The notes beneath the pieces were generated by a model. The model worked only from the letters and a program-made list of their open reading frames with translations, did no database searches and was not told the DNA's origin. A stretch of DNA of 64,000 bases from Firmicutes bacterium UBA5286 (GTDB lineage: Bacteria; Bacillota; Proteinivoracia; UBA4975), in assembly GCA_002408465.1 (NCBI GenBank), contig DHSM01000016.1:10836-74835 (forward strand), given 5' to 3'. Positions 37,463-45,735 of the stretch are shown here, piece after piece. How positions within the stretch are numbered: the stretch's first letter is position 1; every line of letters starts with the position of its first letter. The translations under genes were made by a program, and so were the position numbers.

Positions 37463-37930
37463 ATGGATACTTTGTTGTGGGTATTCGCTTTGGTTGGATT
37501 TTGGCATTTGGTAAGCTCATTCTGGCGCTGGCTGCTCTCCTTCAGGTTTGTCCCTCCTCAGATAAGTTTGCTGTTTTTGGTCAAGGATAATCAGGAAACA
37601 GTGGAAGGTTTGTTCCGGCAATTGGCCCTGGACTGTCATTACCGGGATCTGTGTTCTCCATCCGGAAAAGTGATGGTTTTTGACCTGGGTTCTCAGGATC
37701 AGACTCTGGCCATTTTGCAGCGGCTGGCCAGGGAATTCAGCTTCCTTCACCTCCGCGAAATTTCCGAGGGCCAGGTAGGGCAGGCCCTCCAGGACTTTGA
37801 CCAGGGCATCCTGGTCTTGGATCTGCGGGTGCTGCCTGTGCAGCAGGCCCTTGCCCAGGCCCGGCACCTTTTGCAGAGAACAGCGCCGCTGCTGCTGGGA
37901 CAGCAGCCTGCCCGCCAGGGCGAAAAATAA
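37463..37930 (+). CDS. Hypothetical membrane-anchored protein with GT2-like fragment
   Basis: N-terminal TM; LVKDNQETVEG, VFDLGSQDQT. Confidence 0.7.
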   Translation: MDTLLWVFALVGFWHLVSSFWRWLLSFRFVPPQISLLFLVKDNQETVEGLFRQLALDCHYRDLCSPSGKVMVFDLGSQDQTLAILQRLAREFSFLHLREISEGQVGQALQDFDQGILVLDLRVLPVQQALAQARHLLQRTAPLLLGQQPARQGEK

Positions 37931-38160
37931 AGACCGGAAGCTTCCGGTTTTTTTAATGTACACGGGCATTTTGGCTGCGGCGGCCGCCGATTGAGCGCTG
38001 CCAGGGGCGGCTGCCAGTCAGCGGCAGGACGGCCCCTGGCCATTCTGGTTTTTGCCCTACCTGCCCCCTTGGCTTATACTGAATTCCCCGGGGAAAGCCG
38101 GGACTGGGGGCGGTTTGTCTAAAGCCCTTGGCTTCGGCAGACTGAAGGGAGGTGACAGTG

Positions 38161-38388
38161 ATGCCTGTAACCAAAGTCGCCCTGGATTCCCGCCTGCAGG
38201 TTCGCTACCAGACAGGCGTGAATGAGCAAGGAGATCCTGTGTACAGCACCCGTAACCTGGGCAGCGTAAGAGCCGACAGTGATGACCAGTCCCTGTGGAC
38301 GGTTGCCGCTGTGATTGCCGGGCTGCAGCAGCTGCCCGTGGCGGAAGTGCGCCGGGTGGATTATGCGGTTTTAACAGAAACTCCCTAA
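38161..38388 (+). CDS. DUF1659-family protein
   Basis: SRLQVRYQTGVNEQGDP; paired with DUF2922. Confidence 0.8.
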   Translation: MPVTKVALDSRLQVRYQTGVNEQGDPVYSTRNLGSVRADSDDQSLWTVAAVIAGLQQLPVAEVRRVDYAVLTETP

Positions 38389-38423
38389 GGACAGGGAGGA
38401 ATAGCATAAGGGAGGTGACGGGT

Positions 38424-38642
38424 ATGGAAACAACCCTTCAACTGGTGTTTCTCAACGCTGGGGGCGGCAGGGTGACCCTGAGCATCCCCCAGCCCCTGGC
38501 TGATTTGACCGCTGTCACTGTCGAAGCGGCCATGGACCAGATTATCAATGCCAATGTGTTTGTGTCCGCCGGCGGCGGCTTGACCAGCAAAGTGAGGGCG
38601 GTATTGGTCTCCAGGCAGACAGAGGAAATAGCAGAGTTTTAA
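38424..38642 (+). CDS. DUF2922-family protein
   Basis: TLQLVFLNAGG..VTLSIPQP; RBS supports ATG 38424; terminator 38646-38670. Confidence 0.8.
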   Translation: METTLQLVFLNAGGGRVTLSIPQPLADLTAVTVEAAMDQIINANVFVSAGGGLTSKVRAVLVSRQTEEIAEF

Positions 38643-38776
38643 GGAATAGGGGGCGAAGGCCCCCTATTTTTGACCACTGATGCCTGCCCCTTGGTTTTGC
38701 CTTTTCGCAGGGGAGAGGGAACTCGAGTATGGGATGTCCATATACTGTATAAGTATTTATGGGAGGAGGATACAAG

Positions 38777-39301
38777 ATGAGGAAGATCTCCGGGGCAGAG
38801 CTCGCCGACCTTACCGCTCTGCGCTCGGTTTGTCTGCCGGGTCAGGGTCGTGTGAGCCAGGTTCTGGTGTCGGATGGCAGCTTTTATGATCCCCGCAGAA
38901 TCCGGTCGCTAGTGGAGGCCCTGGCAAGGCATTTCGCCGTGGATTTGGTGGCTCTGCGCCAGCGCTGCAGCGGGCTGCTGGATATGCGCAACTATCTGCC
39001 CCTGCCTCTGAGTTCCCAATTGGTGCTGGTGCCTTTGACCTTGGCGCAAATGGGTGAGAAGACCGGCTATATTAATCTGTTAGCGATTGCACAGGTGTTG
39101 TCCAAGGGGGAATTCTCCAGTATCACCCTCAATGATGGCATCGAATTGACTTGCTGGCTTTCTCCAGGCGCAGTGCGGGAGCGTCTGCTGCGGGCAAGAT
39201 TCATACTCTGGGAACTATCAGCTGAGGGCATGCTTCCCAGTCCTGGCCCCGGCGAAATTTGGCGGCAAAAGCTGGAAATAATCAGGGCAATTTTGGAGTA
39301 A
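38777..39301 (+). CDS. Hypothetical protein, distant ComK-like
   Basis: PLPLSSQLVLVP..GYINL pattern; RBS GGAGG. Confidence 0.55.
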   Translation: MRKISGAELADLTALRSVCLPGQGRVSQVLVSDGSFYDPRRIRSLVEALARHFAVDLVALRQRCSGLLDMRNYLPLPLSSQLVLVPLTLAQMGEKTGYINLLAIAQVLSKGEFSSITLNDGIELTCWLSPGAVRERLLRARFILWELSAEGMLPSPGPGEIWRQKLEIIRAILE

Positions 39302-39302
39302 C

Positions 39303-39331
39303 TCATACTTCCTCCCAAGCGGTCATATTTT
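39303..39331 (+). promoter_or_regulatory. sigmaE-type (mother cell) promoter
   Basis: TCATACT-14 nt-CATATTTT. Confidence 0.7.
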
Positions 39332-39351
39332 GTAGCGGAGGGGGGAAGTCA

Positions 39352-40263
39352 ATGCGCAATTTATTGATTAATCTGGGCTTTTTTCTGGCTAACCTGGGCC
39401 TGCTGGCCCTTTTGCTCTGTCCTTCTGTCACTGCACCCATGGAATCGGCTGTACAGGAGGAAGGGCTGTCCATGCCCCTGGAGATAGCGCCATTGCCGGC
39501 TGAGGAAGCGGAGACAACGCCCTTGCCGGCAGGGGAGGAGGTCCCTCAGAGTCAGGGAAACGAGCCTGAATTGCCGCGGTTGGAAGGTCTGACGCCCGCT
39601 TCGCCGCCAGAGACAGCCGCGGCTCCCGAGGCGGATAAGGTGGAGTCTGTCCCGGAGGCGGTGGAAATCTGCCAGGTATACCGCAGGCTGCCTACAAAAG
39701 ATAAGGTGGTGGCCCTGACCTTTGACGACGGGCCGGGGAAACTGACGAAAAAGCTGTTAAAAATATTGGCGAAAAAGAAAGTACCCGCTACCTTTTTTCT
39801 CCTGGGAAATTCAGCCCTCAACAATCCCAAGCCGGTAAAGGCCATAACTGATGGGGGCTGCGAGCTGGCGCTCCATACCTGGTCTCATCCCAATTTGACC
39901 GAGCTGAAAAAGGAAAAAATATATTGGCAGGCAGAGGCCTGTGCCGCTGCTTTAGCCGGGTTGGAAGCTGACTTTCTTCCCTTGCTGCGGCCCCCTTACG
40001 GCCGCTGGGATGATGAGGTGCTTGCGGTTTGCCAGCGCCTCAACTGCCACATGGTCTTGTGGGATGTGGACAGCCGGGACTGGGAAGGAGGGCCTGCCGC
40101 CAAAGTGCTGGCCCGGGTCCTGGACAACCTTAAGCCCGGGAGCATAGTGCTCTTTCATGAGGGCAAGAATGTCACCCTGGAAGTGCTGCCGAAATTCATC
40201 GACGAGGCCAAGGCCAGGGGCTACCGGTTTGTCCTGCTCAGCGACTATATCCCGTTGCCTTAA
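39352..40263 (+). CDS. Membrane-anchored polysaccharide deacetylase (NodB/PdaA-B-like)
   Basis: LTFDDGP, HTWSHP, RPPYG, VLFHEG; Pro/Glu-rich linker. Confidence 0.9.
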   Translation: MRNLLINLGFFLANLGLLALLLCPSVTAPMESAVQEEGLSMPLEIAPLPAEEAETTPLPAGEEVPQSQGNEPELPRLEGLTPASPPETAAAPEADKVESVPEAVEICQVYRRLPTKDKVVALTFDDGPGKLTKKLLKILAKKKVPATFFLLGNSALNNPKPVKAITDGGCELALHTWSHPNLTELKKEKIYWQAEACAAALAGLEADFLPLLRPPYGRWDDEVLAVCQRLNCHMVLWDVDSRDWEGGPAAKVLARVLDNLKPGSIVLFHEGKNVTLEVLPKFIDEAKARGYRFVLLSDYIPLP

Positions 40264-40271
40264 GTCTAGGC

Positions 40272-40296
40272 AGGAAAGGAAAGACATCTGAAGAAT
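40272..40296 (+). promoter_or_regulatory. sigmaH-type promoter before comF
   Basis: AGGA-17 nt-GAAT. Confidence 0.5.
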
Positions 40297-40326
40297 ACCT
40301 ATGTAGAATAATTTGGAGGTATTAGC

Positions 40327-40989
40327 ATGGGAGCGTTTTTGGACCTTCTCTTTCCGCCCCTTTGCCTCAATTGCCGCCAGCAGCGGCGAGTCAGGCTGGG
40401 ATTGTGCGCTGCTTGCCTGGGGCAGGTGGAAATGACGGGGCTCTCCGGTTGTATCCGCTGCGGCCGCAGGTGTCAGGCAGGGCGATGCGCGCCCCTGGAC
40501 CACCGCTACAGCCGTGTGCTGTCTCTGGCCGCTTACCGGGGACCCTGGCGGCTGACAGTGCAAAATGTTAAATTCGGGGGGAACAGGTCGGTGGCCCTGG
40601 AATTAGCCAGGGAGCTGGCAGCCTTGGCCGTTGCTGCCGGCTTTGCCAGGCCGGCAGCGGTGGTGCCCGTGCCCGGGGCGGGCAAAAGCTGGCGAAACTT
40701 TGACATAATTGCCTTGATCTGCAAGGAGCTGACCAGGACTACAGGCGCTCCGACCCGGTCGGTGCTGGGTCGGCGGCCGGGGAGGCCCCCTCAGGTGGAA
40801 CTTAATCTCAAGGGACGGCTGGAGGGTCTGGAGGATTACATTTATCTCGAACAAGGGACGGAATTTGCTGACTCTATTATCTGGCTGGTGGATGATGTCT
40901 ATACCACCGGCGCTACCGCCGATGCCTGCGCCAGGGCTCTCCTGGCAGTCGGCGCCCGTTCTGTTTATCTCTTAGTCTTGGCCGCTTAG
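40327..40989 (+). CDS. comFC: ComFC-family protein (zinc ribbon + PRTase)
   Basis: LFPPLCLNC, CAAC, CIRC; VDDVYTTGAT. Confidence 0.88.
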   Translation: MGAFLDLLFPPLCLNCRQQRRVRLGLCAACLGQVEMTGLSGCIRCGRRCQAGRCAPLDHRYSRVLSLAAYRGPWRLTVQNVKFGGNRSVALELARELAALAVAAGFARPAAVVPVPGAGKSWRNFDIIALICKELTRTTGAPTRSVLGRRPGRPPQVELNLKGRLEGLEDYIYLEQGTEFADSIIWLVDDVYTTGATADACARALLAVGARSVYLLVLAA

Positions 40990-41072
40990 GGGATGACCTT
41001 ATTTCTGCAAGGGCAAAAAGCAGGTTCGTCCCCGCTCTTGCAAAAACAAAAAAAATATTATAGTCTTATACT

Positions 41073-41266
41073 TGTCCGACAGGTCTGTGGTTGAAAGTCG
41101 ATGCCAGCCGCAGGCAAAACGACCCACGTAAGGCAATGCGTTAGCATTGCTGAGCATGGTGCGGCTTAGATGTAAGTCCTGCCGGGAAAACCGAGAGGGG
41201 CAGTAGTTTTCCGCGAACCCCCCAGCAGGCGAGTGTGGGGGCAAAGACCAGGTCAGCTGTCGGACA
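41073..41266 (+). ncRNA. raiA-motif RNA
   Basis: GGTCTGTGGTTGAAAGTCGATGCCAG..GCAGGCAAAACGA..GAGCATGGTGCGGCTTAG..GTAAGTCCTGCCG..CCAGCAGGCGAGTGTGGGG..AAAGACCAGGTCA; closing stem TGTCCGACAG/CTGTCGGACA; between comF and hpf. Confidence 0.92.
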
Positions 41267-41282
41267 TTTTTTTAAAATAAAA

Positions 41283-41311
41283 TTGACAATCTGTTTTTCA
41301 AGTGATAGTAT
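41283..41311 (+). promoter_or_regulatory. sigmaA promoter for cold-shock gene
   Basis: TTGACA-17-TGnTAGTAT. Confidence 0.7.
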
Positions 41312-41357
41312 GAGAACGAGCTTTACAGCTACATCAATTTTTGGAGGTATCTTTTTA

Positions 41358-41555
41358 GTGCAAGGAAAAGTAAAATGGTTTAATCAGAAAAAGGGTTTTG
41401 GCTTCATTCAAAGGGAAGACGGCGATGATGTGTTTGTACATTACAGTGCCATTCAGGGTGACGGCTTTAAAACCCTCGATGAAGGCGACACAGTAGAATT
41501 CGATATCGTCGATAGTGACAAGGGTCTGCAGGCAGCTAACGTAACTAAACTGTAG
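41358..41555 (+). CDS. Cold-shock protein (CspA family)
   Basis: GKVKWFN..KGFGFI, DVFVHYS; GTG start; terminator 41563-41587. Confidence 0.95.
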   Translation: MQGKVKWFNQKKGFGFIQREDGDDVFVHYSAIQGDGFKTLDEGDTVEFDIVDSDKGLQAANVTKL

Positions 41556-41600
41556 AAACATTAAATCCCGCTTTCCGCGGGATTTTTAGTTTATTTTGGC

Positions 41601-41625
41601 AGGATTTCTAAGAGTTTTGGGGAAT
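41601..41625 (+). promoter_or_regulatory. sigmaH promoter of hpf
   Basis: GCAGGATTT..GGGAAT, AGGA-17-GAAT; B. subtilis hpf (yvyD) is sigmaH-controlled. Confidence 0.75.
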
Positions 41626-41660
41626 AAATATTGTACAGCACTGAAAGGAGAGTGGATCGC

Positions 41661-42179
41661 ATGCGGATTATTACCCGGGGAAAAAACATCGAGGTAACCG
41701 ACGCCCTCAAGGCCCATGTAGAAAAAAGGATAGGCAAAATCGCCAAGTATTTTGACGAAGATACCGAAGCCCAGGTAACCCTCAGCGTTGTCAAGGACAC
41801 CCATGTAGTTGATGCCACACTGCTTTTAAAAGGCGGGATGCTGGTCAGAGGAGAAGTACAATCACCTGACATGTATGCTTCTATTGACCTGGTAACGGAA
41901 AAGCTGGAACGCCAAATCCGCAAATACAAAACCCGCATCAGTCGCAAAGTCCGGCAACTTGGACCCAATGGCGACGAGGGCAGATATCTTGAGGATGAAC
42001 CCAAAATCGTCAGGACCAAGCGGTTTGCCATCAAGCCCATGCTTCCAGATGAGGCAGTGCTGCAGATGAACCTGCTGGAACATGACTTTTTTATGTTTAT
42101 CAATGCCGAGACCAATATGGCCAATGTTGTCTACCGCCGCAAAGACGGCAATTTTGGGCTGATTGAGCCCCAGGATTAA
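41661..42179 (+). CDS. hpf: Long ribosome hibernation promoting factor
   Basis: GKNIEVTDAL, DMYASID, IVRTKRF..PM..DEAVLQMNLL.HDF; terminator 42188-42214. Confidence 0.95.
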   Translation: MRIITRGKNIEVTDALKAHVEKRIGKIAKYFDEDTEAQVTLSVVKDTHVVDATLLLKGGMLVRGEVQSPDMYASIDLVTEKLERQIRKYKTRISRKVRQLGPNGDEGRYLEDEPKIVRTKRFAIKPMLPDEAVLQMNLLEHDFFMFINAETNMANVVYRRKDGNFGLIEPQD

Positions 42180-42249
42180 GATTTCGTTAAAGGGCTGGCA
42201 TTGCCAGCCCTTTTGAATTATGATAGTAGCAACTGACAGACAGGGGGCA

Positions 42250-43599
42250 ATGAAGGTGGACGCTTACCATGCTATCAAATTTATCTACCAATCCTATGTT
42301 TTAGCCCAGCCCCACATTACTCCTGGGTTGTTAGATATATACAAGCGTCATCCCGGCTATTGCAGCCAGCTCCTGCAGGATTTGGACCTGGATTTGTCCC
42401 AGCCTCCGTCGGCGCTGATTACCGGCAGCAAGGGCAAGGGGTCTACCAGCGCCATTATTGCCAGTCTCATGCAGGCAGCGGGATATAAGACGGGCTTGTT
42501 CACCGGTCCTCATCTGGTAGATTTTTGCGAACGGATTCGCGTTGACTGGCAGAAGATCCCCGAGCCCGAGTTTGTGCGCCTGGTGGAAGCAGTGATTCCT
42601 CATGTGGAAACAATGCAAGCCTCTATGCCTCGGCACCATTACCTCGGGCCGGTAGGCACAGTCCTGGCTGTCGCCCTCCTTTGGTTCAAAGAGCAGGGCA
42701 CAGATTTCCATGTCCTTGAGTGCGGGCGGGGGGCCCTGGCCGATGATGTCAATGTCATGGCCAATCGCTGGTCGGTGCTTACGCCAATAATGTTCGAACA
42801 TCCTGGGTATTTAGGACCGACTCTGCTGGACATCGCTGCCAACAAAATGGCAGTGGTAAAATCCGGCCAGGAGCTCTGCATCAGCTATCGCCAGGATCCG
42901 GAAGTGGCAAGACTGCTTAAGTCCATGTGCCGGGCTGTACAGGTTCCGCTAAAGCTTGGGGGAGAAGATTTTTCTGTCCAAGTGGTAAAAACGGGACCGG
43001 AAGGCAGCGCTTTTGCATACCAGTCCTCTCGCCGCAAAAGCGTATTTAAAGTGCCCCTGGCAGGACGGTTTCAGGCATTTAATGCGGGGGTTGCTGTGGC
43101 CCTTGCCGAAGAAGTTGTCCCCGGCATTGACGATGATGTGCTTCAGGCAGGATTGGACTCTTCCCGCTGGCCGGGCCGCTGCGAGTTGGTTGCCGGCACG
43201 CCTCCTATAATTCTCGACGGGGCGATTAACGCCCAGTCTGCAGAATATCTCCGGGAATTGCTTGCGGAAAGGGAAGAACCGCTGTACATTGTCCTCGGCG
43301 TGCCTGCAGATAAGGACTGGCAGGGGGTCATCCGCACCTTGGCGCCTGCAGCAGAGGCTGTGTGGTTGACAGCGGCCAGCAATGCTCATTTGGTGTTTCC
43401 CCCTGCTGAGGACGTTTTGGTGGCAGGGAAAAAATATAATTCCCACAGCCAGGCAATTCCGGAAGCGGCTGAGGCGATAGAAGAGGCCGTTGCCGCTGCC
43501 GGGACAGGGGGAACTGTTGTGGTGGCCGGCACCCTGTCCTTGCTCAGGGATGCCAAGATATATATCCAATCAAGACTAGGGAGGGAATGCGATGAATAA
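42250..43599 (+). CDS. FolC-like Mur-family ligase
   Basis: ITGSKGKGST, FTGPHL, RWPGR, ILDGA; divergent N-terminus. Confidence 0.8.
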   Translation: MKVDAYHAIKFIYQSYVLAQPHITPGLLDIYKRHPGYCSQLLQDLDLDLSQPPSALITGSKGKGSTSAIIASLMQAAGYKTGLFTGPHLVDFCERIRVDWQKIPEPEFVRLVEAVIPHVETMQASMPRHHYLGPVGTVLAVALLWFKEQGTDFHVLECGRGALADDVNVMANRWSVLTPIMFEHPGYLGPTLLDIAANKMAVVKSGQELCISYRQDPEVARLLKSMCRAVQVPLKLGGEDFSVQVVKTGPEGSAFAYQSSRRKSVFKVPLAGRFQAFNAGVAVALAEEVVPGIDDDVLQAGLDSSRWPGRCELVAGTPPIILDGAINAQSAEYLRELLAEREEPLYIVLGVPADKDWQGVIRTLAPAAEAVWLTAASNAHLVFPPAEDVLVAGKKYNSHSQAIPEAAEAIEEAVAAAGTGGTVVVAGTLSLLRDAKIYIQSRLGRECDE

Positions 43600-44020
43600 G
43601 CGTCTCTATCGCTCGGAGAAAAATCGGCTGGTAGCCGGCGTCTGCGGCGGTCTCGGCCAGTATTTTGCAGTTGATCCCGTCCTTATTCGGCTGGCCTTTG
43701 CCTTGCTGATGGTCTTTAAGTTTTGGCTGGGCTTGATTGCTTATATTCTGGCGGCAATCTTGATTCCGGAAAAAGGCAGCAATCCCGATGACGCCATAGA
43801 ACCTGAAGTTGTGGACCATCCCTACAGTGAGGCTGATTCCGGCTCCCAGCGCATATTGGCAGTTGCTCTCATTTGCGTCGGCGGCGGCCTGCTGCTTTTC
43901 CGTTTCTTTCCCCGAATCCCGGCATTGTCGGGGTACGTCAATATTCTTAAGGTATCTTTCTGGCCTCTGGCCTTAATTGCCCTGGGGATATGGCTTATCT
44001 TCAGGCAGAACAATCATTAA
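43592..44020 (+). CDS. PspC-domain membrane protein
   Basis: KRLYRS..VAGVCGGL..YF. Confidence 0.88.
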   Translation: MNKRLYRSEKNRLVAGVCGGLGQYFAVDPVLIRLAFALLMVFKFWLGLIAYILAAILIPEKGSNPDDAIEPEVVDHPYSEADSGSQRILAVALICVGGGLLLFRFFPRIPALSGYVNILKVSFWPLALIALGIWLIFRQNNH

Positions 44021-44035
44021 AGGAGCTGATATAAA

Positions 44036-44230
44036 ATGGAAACGAAAAAACTGTATCGTTCCCGGAGCGACTCGATGATTTCCGGGGTCTGCGGCGGCCT
44101 GGCCAAGTATTTCGGTTTAGACCCCACCGTGGTGCGTCTGCTTTATGTCCTTTTATCTCTGTTTTCCGTATGTTTCCCCGGTCTGCTCTTCTATATAATC
44201 GCCATGCTGATCATTCCCCTGGAAGACTGA
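44036..44230 (+). CDS. PspC-domain protein (single domain)
   Basis: KKLYRS..ISGVCGGLAKYF. Confidence 0.88.
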   Translation: METKKLYRSRSDSMISGVCGGLAKYFGLDPTVVRLLYVLLSLFSVCFPGLLFYIIAMLIIPLED

Positions 44231-44240
44231 AGGGGTAAGG

Positions 44241-44828
44241 TTGTCACAGCAGGGCTTTGACGTCTTAATTCTGGCAGGGGGCAAGTCCCGGCGCATGGGT
44301 GTAGACAAGGCCGGCATTGTCCTGGCCGGCAAGACGTTGCTGGAACATGTCCTGGACCAGGCTACAAGCTGGGGAGGCAACCGTATTTTGGTGGCAGGCC
44401 CTCCCCGGGACTGGGCGCGGGCGGAATATGTTTCCGACCCGCCTGAGCATCAACCCAGTTCTCTCCGGGGCATTTATGCCGGGCTGCTGGCCAGCAGCAG
44501 CCCTTGGACGCTGGTCACTGGCTGCGACATGCCTTTTGTCAAAAGAGAAGTAGTGGCTCGCTTATGGGCCATCAAAAATCAGGGAGGAGCGGTGGCTTGG
44601 TGGCAAAACCGCCTGCAGCCTCTGCCGGGCTTCTATCCCCGGCTGGCTTCCCAGGTCATTGCCGCAATGCTGGCTGACAACCGCTTTCACCTGGCCAACC
44701 TGCTTGACCGCCTGGAACCGGCAGCTGACCGGGATGTTTCGGCACTTGACCCGGAGGGAATCAGCTTTTTTAATATAAATTCTCCCGCTGACTTGGTCTT
44801 AGCTGAGGAATCGATGCGGCGCCGGTAA
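44241..44828 (+). CDS. mobA: Molybdenum cofactor guanylyltransferase-like
   Basis: LAGGKSRRMG.DK, GCDMP, FFNINSP.D. Confidence 0.85.
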   Translation: MSQQGFDVLILAGGKSRRMGVDKAGIVLAGKTLLEHVLDQATSWGGNRILVAGPPRDWARAEYVSDPPEHQPSSLRGIYAGLLASSSPWTLVTGCDMPFVKREVVARLWAIKNQGGAVAWWQNRLQPLPGFYPRLASQVIAAMLADNRFHLANLLDRLEPAADRDVSALDPEGISFFNINSPADLVLAEESMRRR

Positions 44829-44888
44829 GCGCCCTTTTTTGGTGGGCTGTAATATTATTACAATTATATAAGATTTGGGCTACATCCC

Positions 44889-45073
44889 TGGACAAGCCTT
44901 TTAGCCAAGGGTATAGTAAGGACGATTCCACTGTAATAACTTAGTCCAACCAGGATATCACGCGTTAGATAAACTACATTACTTAGCACTGCATATAGCA
45001 CAAGTCACATTTACTTACTAGTCAGCACACACTGTTCTGGCATCTGCACCAGCTACAGTGGAATCTTTTTTTT
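44889..45073 (+). ncRNA. Candidate sRNA / attenuating leader with its own promoter
   Basis: TGGACA-17-TATAGT; 5' GATTCCACTGTA pairs with TACAGTGGAATC followed by T8. Confidence 0.5.
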
Positions 45074-45110
45074 ATTCATGCGGTTGGCGTAACGGACAGG
45101 AGGGTTTCTA

Positions 45111-45524
45111 ATGGCAATTGAATGGAATGCTTCGCTGTCAGTGGGCATTGAGGAAATCGACAATCAGCATAAGGAATTGTTCCGGCAGATCAATGAGTTG
45201 ATCCATGCCTGTCATCAGGGCAGGGGGGTGGAGGCTGTCGGTGAGGTCCTTTCCTTTCTTGACAGCTATATCCGCCTGCATTTCAGAACCGAAGAAAACC
45301 TCATGCTCAAATACGATTTTCCGGAGTTTCAGGCTCACCGCCTGCAGCACCAGGAATTCATGGCCAACCTGGCTGAGGTTCGCCGCCGTTTTTCTGAAGA
45401 AGGCCCCGGTGTGCACATCGTTGTCATCACTAATCGCATTCTGGCGGGCTGGCTAAATACCCATATTCGCCGCTCGGATAAGATCTTTGGGGCTCACGTT
45501 GAATCCCTGAAAAAAGCGCAATAA
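45111..45524 (+). CDS. Bacteriohemerythrin (single domain)
   Basis: IDNQH, HFRTEE, HRLQH, HIRRSD; terminator 45531-45557. Confidence 0.93.
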   Translation: MAIEWNASLSVGIEEIDNQHKELFRQINELIHACHQGRGVEAVGEVLSFLDSYIRLHFRTEENLMLKYDFPEFQAHRLQHQEFMANLAEVRRRFSEEGPGVHIVVITNRILAGWLNTHIRRSDKIFGAHVESLKKAQ

Positions 45525-45735
45525 TTGATGAAAGAGGAGCAATGGCTCCTCTTTTTGCATTTTTTAGATTGCCTGAGACTCTGGAATAGTCTAGCTGGGT
45601 TTTGACAGGCGGCAAGACTGTGTCAGGCAAAGATTAATACCCTGACTGGGCAAGGCGGTTTCCGGTTGCCAGTGCCTTCTCAATGGTGGTAGAATAAAGA
45701 GAATTGGTACTGACTCTTTTAAATGAGGTGTGAAG

